Origin: Candidatus Binatia bacterium
GTDB lineage: Bacteria; Desulfobacterota; Binatia; UBA9968
Reading direction: 5' to 3'
Assembly: GCA_046757725.1 (NCBI GenBank)
Contig: JBHHYU010000008.1
Location: forward strand, 230-64,229
DNA: 64,000 bases
Position numbers and translations under genes: made by a program. Below are positions 36,387 through 47,283 of this stretch, in pieces. The notes beneath the pieces are model-generated. The model saw only the letters and a list, made by a program, of their open reading frames with translations. It had not been told where the DNA came from and searched no databases. Position 1 is the stretch's first letter, and every line of letters starts with the position of its first letter.

Positions 36387-36549
36387 CTGCGTATCTCTAG
36401 AAACCAGAAATCAAAATTCACGATTCGGGTGCCCACCTCCCTGTGGAATCCTGGCTCCCGGGCTTCAAATTCTGTTTCCTCCCTTGATCCCTTTCCCGTT
36501 TCCAATGCTAGACTTCGTCGAAACTCCGCAGTCCAAAATCTAAACTCCT

Positions 36550-37050
36550 TTATCCCTGATCCTTTAACCCCTTGATGATCTCCTCATAATGCTCGCCATA
36601 AGGCTTCATCGTGACCTTTCGCCGGTTGTCGTTCATTGCAACAAAATCGACTTGCATATACTCCGTAACCTCTTCTGAAGCAAGGTGATTGAACCATTCG
36701 ATCACGCTTACACCCTCGGAGAAGAGGTACTCTCGAAGGTTCAACTCCTCCATCTCCCTCACGCTATTTATCCGGTAAAGGTCGATATGATAGATGGGTA
36801 ACCGTCCACTGTATTCATTGATCAGTGTAAATGAAGGGCTGCGGATCCATGTCTCTTTAGCCACTTCTAGTCCCTTAACCATGCCACGGGCGAAACAGGT
36901 CTTCCCGCTTCCCAACTCGCCCGTAAGTCCAACGATGTCACCTGCCATGAGAAGCCTGCCCAACCTTTCCCCCAAAATTCGCGTTTGCCGTGATGATCTG
37001 GACAGAGTGCTTAAGAATTTTTTGGGCATGAGGCACCATGCATCAGGCAA
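36550..37050 (-). CDS. tsaE: tRNA threonylcarbamoyladenosine biosynthesis protein TsaE (P-loop ATPase)
   Basis: The Walker A motif GDIVGLTGELGSGKT, typical of YjeE/TsaE, in a 166-aa protein. Confidence 0.75.
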   Translation of the reverse strand: MPDAWCLMPKKFLSTLSRSSRQTRILGERLGRLLMAGDIVGLTGELGSGKTCFARGMVKGLEVAKETWIRSPSFTLINEYSGRLPIYHIDLYRINSVREMEELNLREYLFSEGVSVIEWFNHLASEEVTEYMQVDFVAMNDNRRKVTMKPYGEHYEEIIKGLKDQG

Positions 37051-37077
37051 GAGGCATCAAAAAATGTTATCGCTATT

Positions 37078-38691
37078 CTATCTGCCGGTTGCGCTCTTCC
37101 CTCTGCCTTCTGCCAAACTGCGTATTCCCTGAGGCAGCGCCTCCAGTACATCCGATGCGATCATCCCAATCTGCCCCTTAGTTCCAGCCACCTGGTCTCC
37201 AACAAGACCGTGGAGAAAAACTCCTAGCTTGAGCGCATCTTCCATCCTAAAACCCTGAGCCAAGAGACCCGCCAAAATACCCGCGAGGACATCTCCCATT
37301 CCCCCACTCGCCATCCCGGGATTTCCCGTCGGATTGATAGAGACCTCTCCCCTGGGAGTAGAGATCACCGTCCTTGCCCCTTTGAGCACCACATAGCAAC
37401 CATAATCGCATGCAAAGGAGCGTGCCGTGCCAATCCGATCCTTGTTGACAGTGGCATTATCCTGTCTTACGAGCCTCGCCATCTCTCCGGGATGAGGGGT
37501 CAATACCGGAGGGGTTCTTGCACTACGAAGCCGCTCAACGTCTTCAGCTAAACAGTTGAGCCCATCCGCATCAATGACCCAGGGGATCTCCAGATTTCGA
37601 AGGAGCCACCTGAGCGCGTTTCGAACGAAATCCTTGACTCCTATTCCAGGACCCAAGAGTAAAGCTCTTTTTTTATCGATAAGGTGGTACCAGTCTTGGT
37701 CATTTAGAGACTCCACCTCTTCCTCTGAATTTTCTTTCAGTGGTTCGGTCATAACCTCTACCATGGAACCGGCAAAGATATCATTGAGGGAGCGGGGGCC
37801 CGCCAATGTCACCATCCCTGCTCCCACTCGCATGGCCGCCCGACAAGCCATAATAGCAGCCCCTGTCTTTCCCCTGGAGCCTGCCACTACCAGAAGATGC
37901 CCGTAGGTGCCCTTGTGGACATTTGGCTCTCTCACGGGAACGAGCCAGTGGATATCCTTCTTCTCTAAGAGTTCCGTCGGGACATGCAATTGATCCACCG
38001 CCTTGGGATGGATACCTATATCCCCCACGACCAAGTCTCCCACGTAAGAGAGCCCAGGATAGATAACCTGTCCCACTTTAGGGTAACCAAAGGTTACGGT
38101 CATCTCCGCCTGTATCGCTATACCCAAAGGCCTTCCCAACTCCGCATCCAAGCCCGAAGGAATATCCACAGCCACAACAGGAAGACCCGAGGCATTGATG
38201 ACGGAAATGGCATCCGCGTAAAGACCACGAACCTCCTTTTTGAGGCCGGTTCCCAGGATAGCATCGACCAGAAGCCTTTTTCCTTTCAACCTCTGACTAA
38301 AGAGCGCAAAGGAGTCAGAGGTTACCTCAACGATTTTTCCTTTGATCTTGAGAAAAGCACCCAGATTTTCCTTCGCATCGTGAGAGAGTTCTTCCTTACG
38401 GGCCAGCAGAACCACCTCACAGGGTATCTTTTTCTCTTGGAGTTTCCGAGCAACCACCAATCCATCTCCCCCGTTGTTCCCTTTCCCGGCAACTACCAGT
38501 ACTCCTCCTTTTGCGATTCGCCCAAAGGAGCCCATCAGGGCTTTAGTCACACTTTCTCCTGCCCGCTCCATCAAGACCAGACTCGGAACCCCGTACTTCT
38601 GGATTGTCAAGCGATCCAACGTACGCATCTCTTCTGAGGTTACGACCAACATATTTTTCGTGTCTCGTGCTCGCCTATGGCGCGAACACAA
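37078..38691 (-). CDS. nnr: Bifunctional NAD(P)H-hydrate repair enzyme Nnr (YjeF_N epimerase + carbohydrate-kinase-like dehydratase)
   Basis: Two-domain architecture with an N-terminal YjeF_N (GKGNNGGDGLVVAR) and a C-terminal ADP-dependent dehydratase (GPGIG, ...DADGLN). Confidence 0.8.
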   Translation of the reverse strand: MCSRHRRARDTKNMLVVTSEEMRTLDRLTIQKYGVPSLVLMERAGESVTKALMGSFGRIAKGGVLVVAGKGNNGGDGLVVARKLQEKKIPCEVVLLARKEELSHDAKENLGAFLKIKGKIVEVTSDSFALFSQRLKGKRLLVDAILGTGLKKEVRGLYADAISVINASGLPVVAVDIPSGLDAELGRPLGIAIQAEMTVTFGYPKVGQVIYPGLSYVGDLVVGDIGIHPKAVDQLHVPTELLEKKDIHWLVPVREPNVHKGTYGHLLVVAGSRGKTGAAIMACRAAMRVGAGMVTLAGPRSLNDIFAGSMVEVMTEPLKENSEEEVESLNDQDWYHLIDKKRALLLGPGIGVKDFVRNALRWLLRNLEIPWVIDADGLNCLAEDVERLRSARTPPVLTPHPGEMARLVRQDNATVNKDRIGTARSFACDYGCYVVLKGARTVISTPRGEVSINPTGNPGMASGGMGDVLAGILAGLLAQGFRMEDALKLGVFLHGLVGDQVAGTKGQIGMIASDVLEALPQGIRSLAEGRGKSATGR

Positions 38692-38694
38692 TCA

Positions 38695-39420
38695 TCAAGC
38701 ACGAATCAAAAGCTCCTTCATCTCCCTGACCGCTTGTTCCATACCGACCATGATCGCCCGAGCGACGATGCTGTGTCCGATGTTGAGTTCAATGATTTCA
38801 CTGATCCGCGCAATAGAAGAGACGTTATCATAATTCAGGCCGTGGCCGCCGTGTACCTCCAGCCCCAACCTGTGGGCAAGGGCGGCGATGGCAGCGATCT
38901 CGTCAAGCTCCTCGGCTCGATCCCCCAAGGCGTTACAATAGCGGCCCGTATGAAGCTCCACGCTGTTGGCCCCAACAACTTGGCTCGCCTGGATCTGCCT
39001 GTCTTTTGGATCTACAAAGAGACTGACTCGGATCCCTTGTCTCTGGAGCCGCTGCACAGCCTCCCGGACCCCGGCCTGGTGAGCCACGACATCGAGCCCG
39101 CCTTCTGTAGTCAATTCCTCACGGCGCTCAGGAACAAAACAGGCATCATCTGGATGAAGCTTTTCGGCCCGGTCCACCATCTCCGGGGTTACGGCCATTT
39201 CCAGGTTAAGCTTCGTTTTTACTCTCTGACGTAGAATTTCAACATCCCGTTCCTGAATATGGCGGCGATCTTCCCGCAGGTGAACGGTAATTCCGTCCGC
39301 CCCTCCCCTCTCCGCCAAAAGTGCCGCCTCCACCGGATCGGGAACTCCGATTCCCCTAGCTTGGCGCACCGTAGCAACATGATCGACATTGATACCTAAT
39401 CGAGGCATGGCATGGTTCAC
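38695..39420 (-). CDS. pdxJ: Pyridoxine 5'-phosphate synthase
   Basis: The N-terminal motif [16 protein letters not shown] and the TIM-barrel PdxJ signature throughout the 241-aa protein. Confidence 0.85.
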   Translation of the reverse strand: MNHAMPRLGINVDHVATVRQARGIGVPDPVEAALLAERGGADGITVHLREDRRHIQERDVEILRQRVKTKLNLEMAVTPEMVDRAEKLHPDDACFVPERREELTTEGGLDVVAHQAGVREAVQRLQRQGIRVSLFVDPKDRQIQASQVVGANSVELHTGRYCNALGDRAEELDEIAAIAALAHRLGLEVHGGHGLNYDNVSSIARISEIIELNIGHSIVARAIMVGMEQAVREMKELLIRA

Positions 39421-40871
39421 CCCAACTGAGACCGGATCTCCTCAGCCACCTCTTGAGCCATTGCGTGGATCCGGTCCTCACTTTCCCCTTCCAACATGAC
39501 CCGTGCCAGAGGTTCGGTCCCTGAATAGCGAACCAAGATCCTCCCGTGTCCGCTTAATTCTTTTTCAATAGCAGCGATCTTCCGACTGAGCCGAGGGAGC
39601 CGGGAAAGGTCTCTCTTTTCTTTCACCCTCACGTTAAGTAGAATCTGCGGGAGCTTGGTCATCACTTTTTTCAATTCCCCGAGTCGCATTCCTTTCTCCA
39701 CCATGATGGCCAGGAGCTGTAACCCCGTGATACAGCCATCTCCGGTTGTATTGTGATCTAGAAAAATGATGTGACCTGACTGCTCCCCGCCGAGGTTATG
39801 TCCTCGTCGCAGCATCTCTTCAACCACGTAACGGTCCCCCACCGCGGTGCGTACCACTTTGATCCCCATTCCGTGAAGCGCAAGATCCAATCCCAAATTG
39901 CTCATGACCGTAGCCACCACTGTCTCACCTTTAAGGGTTCCGTGCTCTTGCATCTCCTTGGCACAGATTACAAGGGCTTGATCCCCATCCAGCACCTCGC
40001 CTTCTTCATCAATGAATATAGCCCGATCCCCGTCCCCATCCAAAGATAAGGCGAGATCCGCGTGATGCTCCAACAATGCCTGCCGAGCCGTTTCCGGATA
40101 GAGAGAGCCGCAATCCTGGTTGATATTTTCCCCATCCGGATGCACCCCAATGGGGATTACCTCGGCCCCTAGTTCCGACAATACCTCAGGCGCAACCCGA
40201 TAGCACGCTCCGTAGCCACAATCCACCACAATTTTTAACCCCTCCAGGGTCAGATGGCGGGGAAAGGTATTTTTAAGATAGACGATGTACCTTCCCACAG
40301 CATCGGAGATACGGAACGCCTTGCCAATCGCAGATGCCGTCGGTTTGTTCCGCTCAGTCTCACCATGTAAAATCATCTCTTCCATGCGGGCTTCGACCCC
40401 ATCTGGAAGTTTGAACCCGTTATAAGAGAAGAATTTTATCCCATTATCTTCATAAGAATTATGAGAGGCGGAGATCACAACACCGGCATCGGCTCTCATG
40501 CTCCGGGTTAGAAAGGCCACACCAGGAGTTGGCAAAGGACCGACAAGCAGGACATCCGCGCCCTTAGAGCAGATTCCGGAAGCTAGGGCTGTTTCGAGCA
40601 TATAGCCTGAAAGACGCGTATCTTTCCCGATCAGGATTTTATGGCGGTGTTTTCCACTGCCTTCTCGCGAGTTCGAGGAGGAAGAGGCACGTTTTTCGCC
40701 GGTTCTGCCGGTAGAACGGGGGAAAGTCTCATGAAGAACGTCGGCTACGGCTCGACCCAGTTTTAATGCCATCTCGGAGGTCATGGGCTCGAGGTTTGCA
40801 ACACCTCGGACCCCATCGGTTCCGAAAAGGTGTCGCTTGTGGTTTTTCTTTTTTACAGGTGCTGATGACAT
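39417..40871 (-). CDS. glmM: Phosphoglucosamine mutase
   Basis: The phosphoserine-loop region [15 protein letters not shown] (SHNP-like), four phosphohexomutase domains, and a position downstream of cdaA-cdaR. Confidence 0.8.
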   Translation of the reverse strand: MSSAPVKKKNHKRHLFGTDGVRGVANLEPMTSEMALKLGRAVADVLHETFPRSTGRTGEKRASSSSNSREGSGKHRHKILIGKDTRLSGYMLETALASGICSKGADVLLVGPLPTPGVAFLTRSMRADAGVVISASHNSYEDNGIKFFSYNGFKLPDGVEARMEEMILHGETERNKPTASAIGKAFRISDAVGRYIVYLKNTFPRHLTLEGLKIVVDCGYGACYRVAPEVLSELGAEVIPIGVHPDGENINQDCGSLYPETARQALLEHHADLALSLDGDGDRAIFIDEEGEVLDGDQALVICAKEMQEHGTLKGETVVATVMSNLGLDLALHGMGIKVVRTAVGDRYVVEEMLRRGHNLGGEQSGHIIFLDHNTTGDGCITGLQLLAIMVEKGMRLGELKKVMTKLPQILLNVRVKEKRDLSRLPRLSRKIAAIEKELSGHGRILVRYSGTEPLARVMLEGESEDRIHAMAQEVAEEIRSQLG

Positions 40872-40897
40872 CGCTGTTCACTCCTCTTTCGAAGGAC

Positions 40898-41836
40898 TTA
40901 CTTTTTCGGCTTTAAAATCCTAACCTTAAAACGGTCCGGCTTTTGCTCCAGCACTTCAATCTCCTCGGGGAGATCAAGACCCAGGGCGAGCGTGTGCTTC
41001 CCGGGTTTCAATCCGTTCAAATCCAGGTATACCTGCTCCGCTCCCACTTGTAATTGTTCGATGATGCGCTTGGGACCTGATAGACGGAGGGTAACTCGCC
41101 TAGGGCTTATGCGATAGCTTCCCTCAAAATTTTTTACTTTCACTTCAACGTGACTGAACTCTTTTGTTACCCACTCCTCCTTCACTGTGACTGAAACGGT
41201 AACTCGATCCCGAGAAAGTGAAAAAGATTTTCCCGTAGAGCTGAGATGGACCTCGCGTGATAAACGCTTTTTGATCCCCTCCAGCTTAACAGGCAATGTC
41301 TCCAACGAAATCATCGGGTTGAGCTCACGAGCCGGACCTCTAATCTTGATGGTCTCTGGATCGGTCTCAACATGGGCCACCTTATAGCCAAAAGGGGGTT
41401 TCCCGACAAAGCGAACCGTAACAGGAAGCGAACGTGTGACCATCAATTCCAAAACTAGATTGACCACTGAGGGGCTGATCCGGGTAATTTTTACCCCACG
41501 AGGAGGATTAAAAAAATCAGGACTTAGCCGGAATGTCGAGGTTCCCGGCCGGGCTCCGTCCAGATCCAGGATGACTTTCAGACGATCCGGATCCATAGTG
41601 GAGAGCAGTGCCGGGGGCCCCATCACCCGGACCTCGATTTTTCCAAGCTCCGGATTCCCTACCATCACATTGGAGGGAATATTGCGCAACTCCACGGGAA
41701 CCTCCATAGCCCGCTCTACGGCTTTTTGGCCGGCATTAACATAGAGCCATAGACCGAGAGCAAAGACTAAAGAAAAGAGCTTCAACCCTAGATTGCTACC
41801 CGCCAAAGCCATCATTGCTTTCCAACCGCGCTTCAT
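40898..41836 (-). CDS. cdaR: YbbR-domain CdaA regulatory protein
   Basis: An N-terminal TM anchor followed by repeated YbbR-like beta-rich domains. It overlaps cdaA by 4 bp. Confidence 0.65.
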   Translation of the reverse strand: MKRGWKAMMALAGSNLGLKLFSLVFALGLWLYVNAGQKAVERAMEVPVELRNIPSNVMVGNPELGKIEVRVMGPPALLSTMDPDRLKVILDLDGARPGTSTFRLSPDFFNPPRGVKITRISPSVVNLVLELMVTRSLPVTVRFVGKPPFGYKVAHVETDPETIKIRGPARELNPMISLETLPVKLEGIKKRLSREVHLSSTGKSFSLSRDRVTVSVTVKEEWVTKEFSHVEVKVKNFEGSYRISPRRVTLRLSGPKRIIEQLQVGAEQVYLDLNGLKPGKHTLALGLDLPEEIEVLEQKPDRFKVRILKPKK

Positions 41837-42585
41837 GAGGCAAACAGTCCCTCTAGCAGTTTGCGAAGCTGGAGAGCGTCAAGGTCCTGGGTGACTTTTC
41901 CTTCCACGACCAAAGAGATCTTTCCATGCTCCTCTGAGACGACGATGGCCACCGCGTCAGTCTCCTCCGTCAAGCTAATCGCTGCACGATGGCGGGTCCC
42001 GAGGGCCTTACTCAAGTTGATATCCACGGTAAGAGGCAGAAAGCATCTGACCGCAGCGACCCTTCCTTTCTGGATCACCAAGGCGCCATCATGGATCGGA
42101 GTCCCGGGCAAAAAGACGCTTTCCAGGAGTTCCCGACTCACTTGCGCATCGAGACGCGTGCCCACTTCTATATAATCGTTTAATCCCACCTCCCGCTCGA
42201 GAATCATCAAAGCCCCTATCCTTTCACGGGCGAGAGCGACGGCAGCATTGGTGACCTCTTCGACGACCGGCCCATGCTCAATACGATCGGGGCCTCCGAA
42301 GAGGGGTGCCGTTCCCACCTGTGTTAGGGCACGCCGGATGTCGCTTTGAAAGATCACAACAATAACTAGAATGATAGACCCTAACAGGCTGTCGAGAACC
42401 CAATTGAGTGTAAAGAAACCCCACACCTTGGATGAAACAGAAGCCAAGAGGACCACCACCAGCCCAATGAGCATCTGCATGGCGCGGGTCCCTTTGATCA
42501 TGTAAATCAGCCGATAAATCACAAAGGTGATGACGCCGACATCAACGGCATCTTGCCACCGCAGGTGCGCAAAGATCTCAAGCAT
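41833..42585 (-). CDS. cdaA: Diadenylate cyclase CdaA (c-di-AMP synthase, DAC domain)
   Basis: Three N-terminal TM helices and a DisA_N/DAC domain (DGA...RHRAA-like motifs GALVIQKGRVAAVRC, TRHRAAISL). The start is set at the internal Met (MLEIFAHLRWQD) and the ORF extends further upstream. Confidence 0.75.
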   Translation of the reverse strand: MLEIFAHLRWQDAVDVGVITFVIYRLIYMIKGTRAMQMLIGLVVVLLASVSSKVWGFFTLNWVLDSLLGSIILVIVVIFQSDIRRALTQVGTAPLFGGPDRIEHGPVVEEVTNAAVALARERIGALMILEREVGLNDYIEVGTRLDAQVSRELLESVFLPGTPIHDGALVIQKGRVAAVRCFLPLTVDINLSKALGTRHRAAISLTEETDAVAIVVSEEHGKISLVVEGKVTQDLDALQLRKLLEGLFAS

Positions 42586-43408
42586 CTTGTCTTCCCTTGG
42601 ACTCTGACATCCCAAAACGAAGCGCATCGGCAACTCGTATCGCCCGACAGGCTGTTTTTACATCGTGGATCCGGATCATGTTCGCCCCACGCAGCACAGC
42701 CGCAACGGTAGCTGCCAAGCTCCCTTCCAGACGATCGCCGGGACCAACCTCCAAAATCTCACCGATAAAGGTCTTGCGTGATGGCCCTACCAGAAGTGGG
42801 CGTCCCAAAACATCAAGGGAAGAGAGGTCCCGTAACAATGTCAAGTTATGGTCCAAGTTTTTGCCGAAGCCGATTCCAGGGTCGATGATGATCTGTTTCG
42901 GTTCTACACCCCTTTTCGCAGCAAATCGCATTCGGTCCAGCAAAAAATTTTTCACTTCGTCCAGTACATTCTGATAGTAAGGCTTTTCCTGCATCGTTTG
43001 CGGCTTCCCCTGCATATGCATTAGAATCACGGGAGTCTTTTTCTCCGCAACCAAAGAAACCATACCAGGATCAAACCTCAACGCGCTGATATCATTGACT
43101 ATATCCGCTCCCTCATCCAAGGCAGCCCGCGCCACTTCAGCCTTATAAGTATCGATGGAAATAGGGATGGCCACGGCTTGGCGTAGGCCACGGATAATCG
43201 GCAGGACTCGTTCCATTTCTTCTTGTACCGAGACAGGCCGAGCGCCCGGGCGACTGGATTCTCCCCCAATGTCAATGACGTCCGCCCCACTACAAGCCAA
43301 CTCCACCCCGCGAGCTACTGCTCTCGCCGGGTCTAGGTACTTCCCACCGTCAAAGAAAGAATCCGGCGTGATGTTGAGGATTCCCATCACAGCGGTCCGC
43401 CGTTCCAT
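42578..43408 (-). CDS. folP: Dihydropteroate synthase
   Basis: The motifs MGILNITPDSFFDGG and a pterin-binding TIM barrel (DIGGESSRPGA). The ORF extends to 43510, but the conserved N-terminus begins near the internal Met. Confidence 0.8.
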   Translation of the reverse strand: MERRTAVMGILNITPDSFFDGGKYLDPARAVARGVELACSGADVIDIGGESSRPGARPVSVQEEMERVLPIIRGLRQAVAIPISIDTYKAEVARAALDEGADIVNDISALRFDPGMVSLVAEKKTPVILMHMQGKPQTMQEKPYYQNVLDEVKNFLLDRMRFAAKRGVEPKQIIIDPGIGFGKNLDHNLTLLRDLSSLDVLGRPLLVGPSRKTFIGEILEVGPGDRLEGSLAATVAAVLRGANMIRIHDVKTACRAIRVADALRFGMSESKGRQDA

Positions 43409-43742
43409 GTCAATGTTTCCCCGAGAGGTCGCTAGAATCCAGCCCCGCGGCGGAGCAGAAACCTCTATCGCACTTACGTATTGATTCACACTATGCCTAG
43501 GAGGCTTCATGATCAGCCATCAGTGAAAATTCTTTGGGCAACCAGGTAGTGGCACAATAGGTAGGCTAACCTTTGCCGACACCCTCTTCACTTTTAGACA
43601 ACCCGCTGCTGACCCCTCCCAGCAGCCAATGACGTAAACCCGTCATTTATACCGGTGAGGATCCTGCCCCCACGACTTGCAACAAATGCTTGATTTGAGG
43701 GGTGAAATTTCCGAGGGTTAGCAAATCCTTTGGGAGGCCAAC

Positions 43743-45584
43743 TCAGGCTTGAGCTGTAACGGACGAAGGGGAAAGTGATCCCCCTCCGTTTGCACCAAAC
43801 TCTTGGACTAAGGCATCAATCTCCGCGCCATCCAGGACCTCCTTTTCGAGAAGGTTCTCAGCAATTTTATGAAGAAGCTGAAGATTACTCGCCAGGATAG
43901 CCTTAGCCCGTTGATAGCTCTCCAGCACGATGCGTCTGACCTCAGCATCAATTTCCATAGCGGTGCTCTCCGAGTAATCCTGTTGTTGGGTAAAATCTCT
44001 TCCCAAAAAAATCTCTTGCTCCTTCTTGCCAAAGGTCATGGGACCCAACTTTTCACTCATCCCCCACTCACAAACCATTTGATGGGCTAGCTCCGTTGCA
44101 CGTTCAATGTCGTTACCCGCACCGGTGGTCATATGGTTGAGGACCAGTTCCTCAGCGACGCGCCCGCCGAAGAGAATCGCGAGGTTGTTGAGGAGATACT
44201 CCTTAGGATAGGTGTGCTTTTCATCTACGGGGAGCTGCTGGGTAAGGCCGAGTGCCAGCCCCCGAGGAATGATCGTCACTTTGTGGATCGGGTCAGTTCC
44301 GGGTATGAGCTTGGCAACCAGGGTGTGCCCAGCTTCATGAAAAGCCGTATTGCGCTTTTCTTCTTCGCTGATGATCATACTCTTACGCTCGGAGCCCATC
44401 ATGACTTTATCCTTGGCCAACTCAAAGTCACCCATATTAACCTTTTCCTTGTTATCCCGAGCCGCTAAAAGCGCTGCTTCGTTGACCAGATTCTCAAGGT
44501 CGGCTCCGGCAAATCCCGGAGTGCCTCGGGCCAGAACCTTGACATCAACATCCGGCGCCAAAGGAACCTTCCGGGTATGAACCGACAAGATACCCTCCCT
44601 ACCCTTTATATCGGGCCTGGGGACTACGACTCTGCGATCAAACCGTCCAGGCCGAAGCAGCGCAGGATCCAGAACATCGGGGCGATTGGTGGCTGCAATT
44701 AAAATAACTCCATCATTGCCTTCAAAACCGTCCATCTCCACCAGGAGCTGGTTCAGAGTCTGTTCCCGCTCGTCGTGCCCGCCGCCAAGACCAGCTCCTC
44801 GATGGCGCCCAACCGCATCCAGCTCATCGATAAAGACAATACAGGGAGCATTCTTTTTGCCTTGGATAAACAGGTCCCGGACCCTGGATGCACCGACCCC
44901 AACAAACATCTCTACAAAATCAGAACCGCTGATGCTGAAGAATGGGACCCCCGCTTCCCCGGCGATAGCCCGGGCCAACAGCGTTTTGCCGGTTCCCGGG
45001 GGACCGACGAGCAGGCATCCTTTGGGAATTCTGCCACCTAATCGAGTAAACCTTTTAGGCTCCTTGAGAAAGGCGATGATCTCTTGCAATTCATCCTTTG
45101 CCTCCTCCACGCCGGCCACGTCGTTAAACGTTACCCGTTGTTGATTTTCGGTCAAGAGCTTGGCACGGCTTTTGCCAAAGGACATCGCCTTGCCTCCACC
45201 GACTTGCATCTGACGCATAAAAAAGATCCACACCCCGATTAAGAGAAGCATCGGAAACCAGTTAAGGAGGAGCACCATGTACCAGGGAGATTCGTCCGCG
45301 GGTTTTGCCGAGATCTTAACCTTCTTTTCCCGAAGTGTCTTCACCAACTCCGGGTCATTGGGAGTAAAGGTCTTAAAACGTTCCCCGCTTTTGAATTCGC
45401 CTTGAACGTGACTCCCTTGAATCGTAACCCCTTGGATCTCATCCTTTTCAATAGCCGCCCAGAATTCACTAAAGGCGATCTCCGGTTCTCTACCTTTCTG
45501 CTTGCTAAACAGATTATACAGAAGCAGGAAAACCAAGCCGAGGACCAACCAGAGCGCCAAATTTTTAGACAATGGGTTCAACAA
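43743..45584 (-). CDS. ftsH: ATP-dependent zinc metalloprotease FtsH
   Basis: Two N-terminal TM helices, an AAA+ domain ([12 protein letters not shown]-like), a second-region-of-homology motif, and the protease HEAGH zinc motif. Confidence 0.9.
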   Translation of the reverse strand: MLNPLSKNLALWLVLGLVFLLLYNLFSKQKGREPEIAFSEFWAAIEKDEIQGVTIQGSHVQGEFKSGERFKTFTPNDPELVKTLREKKVKISAKPADESPWYMVLLLNWFPMLLLIGVWIFFMRQMQVGGGKAMSFGKSRAKLLTENQQRVTFNDVAGVEEAKDELQEIIAFLKEPKRFTRLGGRIPKGCLLVGPPGTGKTLLARAIAGEAGVPFFSISGSDFVEMFVGVGASRVRDLFIQGKKNAPCIVFIDELDAVGRHRGAGLGGGHDEREQTLNQLLVEMDGFEGNDGVILIAATNRPDVLDPALLRPGRFDRRVVVPRPDIKGREGILSVHTRKVPLAPDVDVKVLARGTPGFAGADLENLVNEAALLAARDNKEKVNMGDFELAKDKVMMGSERKSMIISEEEKRNTAFHEAGHTLVAKLIPGTDPIHKVTIIPRGLALGLTQQLPVDEKHTYPKEYLLNNLAILFGGRVAEELVLNHMTTGAGNDIERATELAHQMVCEWGMSEKLGPMTFGKKEQEIFLGRDFTQQQDYSESTAMEIDAEVRRIVLESYQRAKAILASNLQLLHKIAENLLEKEVLDGAEIDALVQEFGANGGGSLSPSSVTAQA

Positions 45585-45665
45585 AAGCCTCCATTAACAC
45601 TAAAACCCAGCAAATTCTAACACACTCAAATACTTAGTTCAATCTATACATGTACAGAGACTCAG

Positions 45666-47099
45666 TCAGCTATGGCCACTTCTGTGATGGGCTGCCAGTC
45701 TCACCCAAAGAAACTTTTTGGTTTCAGGTCTGACTTTACCGATTTCGCTTCTAGCGTATCCGGGAACCCAGAGAATTTCACCTCTGGCCAGGAGCAAAGG
45801 AAGAGTACGGCGAACAGTCTGTGGTACCCGCTTCTCGATAAAGAGATCTTTGACTTTCTTATGCCCCTGCATTCCCAAAGGCTGAAACCGGTCCCCTTCC
45901 CGAAAATTTCGTACCTCCAGGGTACCGGGGAGAAACGAAAGGTCAAAGACGGCTTCCCGGTTCCCCTGACGTCGTACCCTGGGCGAGCGACAAGTCCGCG
46001 AACTTTGTATCCTGATTCTAGCCTCGGGGATGAACAGCACTGCGTCATGCGGCAGGGCATAGGTATAGCGCACCGGTGTCCCTTTTCGCCCTCCTTTTAC
46101 AAGCCGCACACTGTCATAGGTTCGGACTAAGTTCCATCCCCTCGGGACGGACAGGCAACCCTGTGGCGGTCCCTGGGCGATGAGCTTGAGGAAGTCTTCC
46201 ACATGATCGAATCCAATACCTCTCAGGTCACCTAACTTGGCCTCAAGCCAACTACGGATGATCCTTCTTTGCATCGCCTTGTCTTCCTTCAGCAAAAGCT
46301 CCCGCTGCAGTTTACCTCCGTGCACCACCCGCTGGAGATGTTCCCGAGCCGTTTGCTCCAAGATTTTCTCTTCCTGACGTAAAAGGTCTGCCATCTGTGC
46401 CAGTCTCTCATCCAGACCGGGATTTATTCTCTCTCTGAGTTGGGGCAGCAGGTGAAGGCGCAGCCAGTTACGGAGCGGACCTGAGTCCAGATTGGTTCGG
46501 TCCGTCCGGTAGGCAAGACATTGAGCTGTGAGATACTCGACAATCTCCTTTTTCGATACCTCGATCAATGGATGGATGAGCAACGGTCCCGACAGTGCTT
46601 TGCGCGTGGAAGGAGCCAGCTTGCGGACCGGAGGCATACCGCTCAATCCCTTTCTGCCGCTGCCCCGTAAAAGCCACATTAGAAGCGTCTCTACCTGGTC
46701 GTCCCTTGTGTGCCCCGTGGCGATTCTGGAAACCCCGGCCCCGACCGCTACCCTGTTAAAAAAACGATATCTCTCCTCTCTGGCCATAGCTTCGAGATTG
46801 CCCATTCCCCTCTGGGACCTCATCCCTGGAAGATCCACATGCTTGAGATGAAAGGGAAGGGCTAAGCGCTTCGCGAGTTCAGCCACAAACTGGGCGTCTT
46901 GCCGCGCATCTTCTCCCCGGATCCCATGTTGAAGATGAGCGACCTCCAAACGCAAACCCAGTTGCTTGCCGAATCCGGACAAGAGGTGGACTAATGCCAC
47001 CGAATCCGGTCCACCGGAAACGGCCACTAAAACTCCGTCACCGGATGAGAGCATCTTGTATTTTTGAATGGTCTCTCTTACTTTTTCGTCAAGGGTCAT
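45666..47099 (-). CDS. tilS: tRNA(Ile)-lysidine synthetase
   Basis: The PP-loop motif SGGPDSVAL close to the N-terminus and TilS C-terminal domains (477 aa). Confidence 0.8.
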   Translation of the reverse strand: MTLDEKVRETIQKYKMLSSGDGVLVAVSGGPDSVALVHLLSGFGKQLGLRLEVAHLQHGIRGEDARQDAQFVAELAKRLALPFHLKHVDLPGMRSQRGMGNLEAMAREERYRFFNRVAVGAGVSRIATGHTRDDQVETLLMWLLRGSGRKGLSGMPPVRKLAPSTRKALSGPLLIHPLIEVSKKEIVEYLTAQCLAYRTDRTNLDSGPLRNWLRLHLLPQLRERINPGLDERLAQMADLLRQEEKILEQTAREHLQRVVHGGKLQRELLLKEDKAMQRRIIRSWLEAKLGDLRGIGFDHVEDFLKLIAQGPPQGCLSVPRGWNLVRTYDSVRLVKGGRKGTPVRYTYALPHDAVLFIPEARIRIQSSRTCRSPRVRRQGNREAVFDLSFLPGTLEVRNFREGDRFQPLGMQGHKKVKDLFIEKRVPQTVRRTLPLLLARGEILWVPGYARSEIGKVRPETKKFLWVRLAAHHRSGHS

Positions 47100-47283
47100 A
47101 AAAACGTTCGGCTATAGAACGATTCCGTTCACTTTCCTAGTCCAAATCAACGATGGACGTTCCACACGGGTCTAAGGTAAGACCGCGTGCTTGGTTAGGG
47201 AAGTTTCTGAAAGCAGACTAATGCTCGTTCGGAATCTACGTCCTTCCTGTCATGAACTTACCCTATGGCAGTAGAGCCGTCGC

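Noticed and set aside
43511-43742. 230-bp ftsH-folP intergenic region as a riboswitch
   Set aside because: Only short local hairpins are visible (GCTGCTG...CAGCAGC, TGACG...CGTCA). There is no recognisable riboswitch consensus. It is more likely a terminator or promoter spacer.
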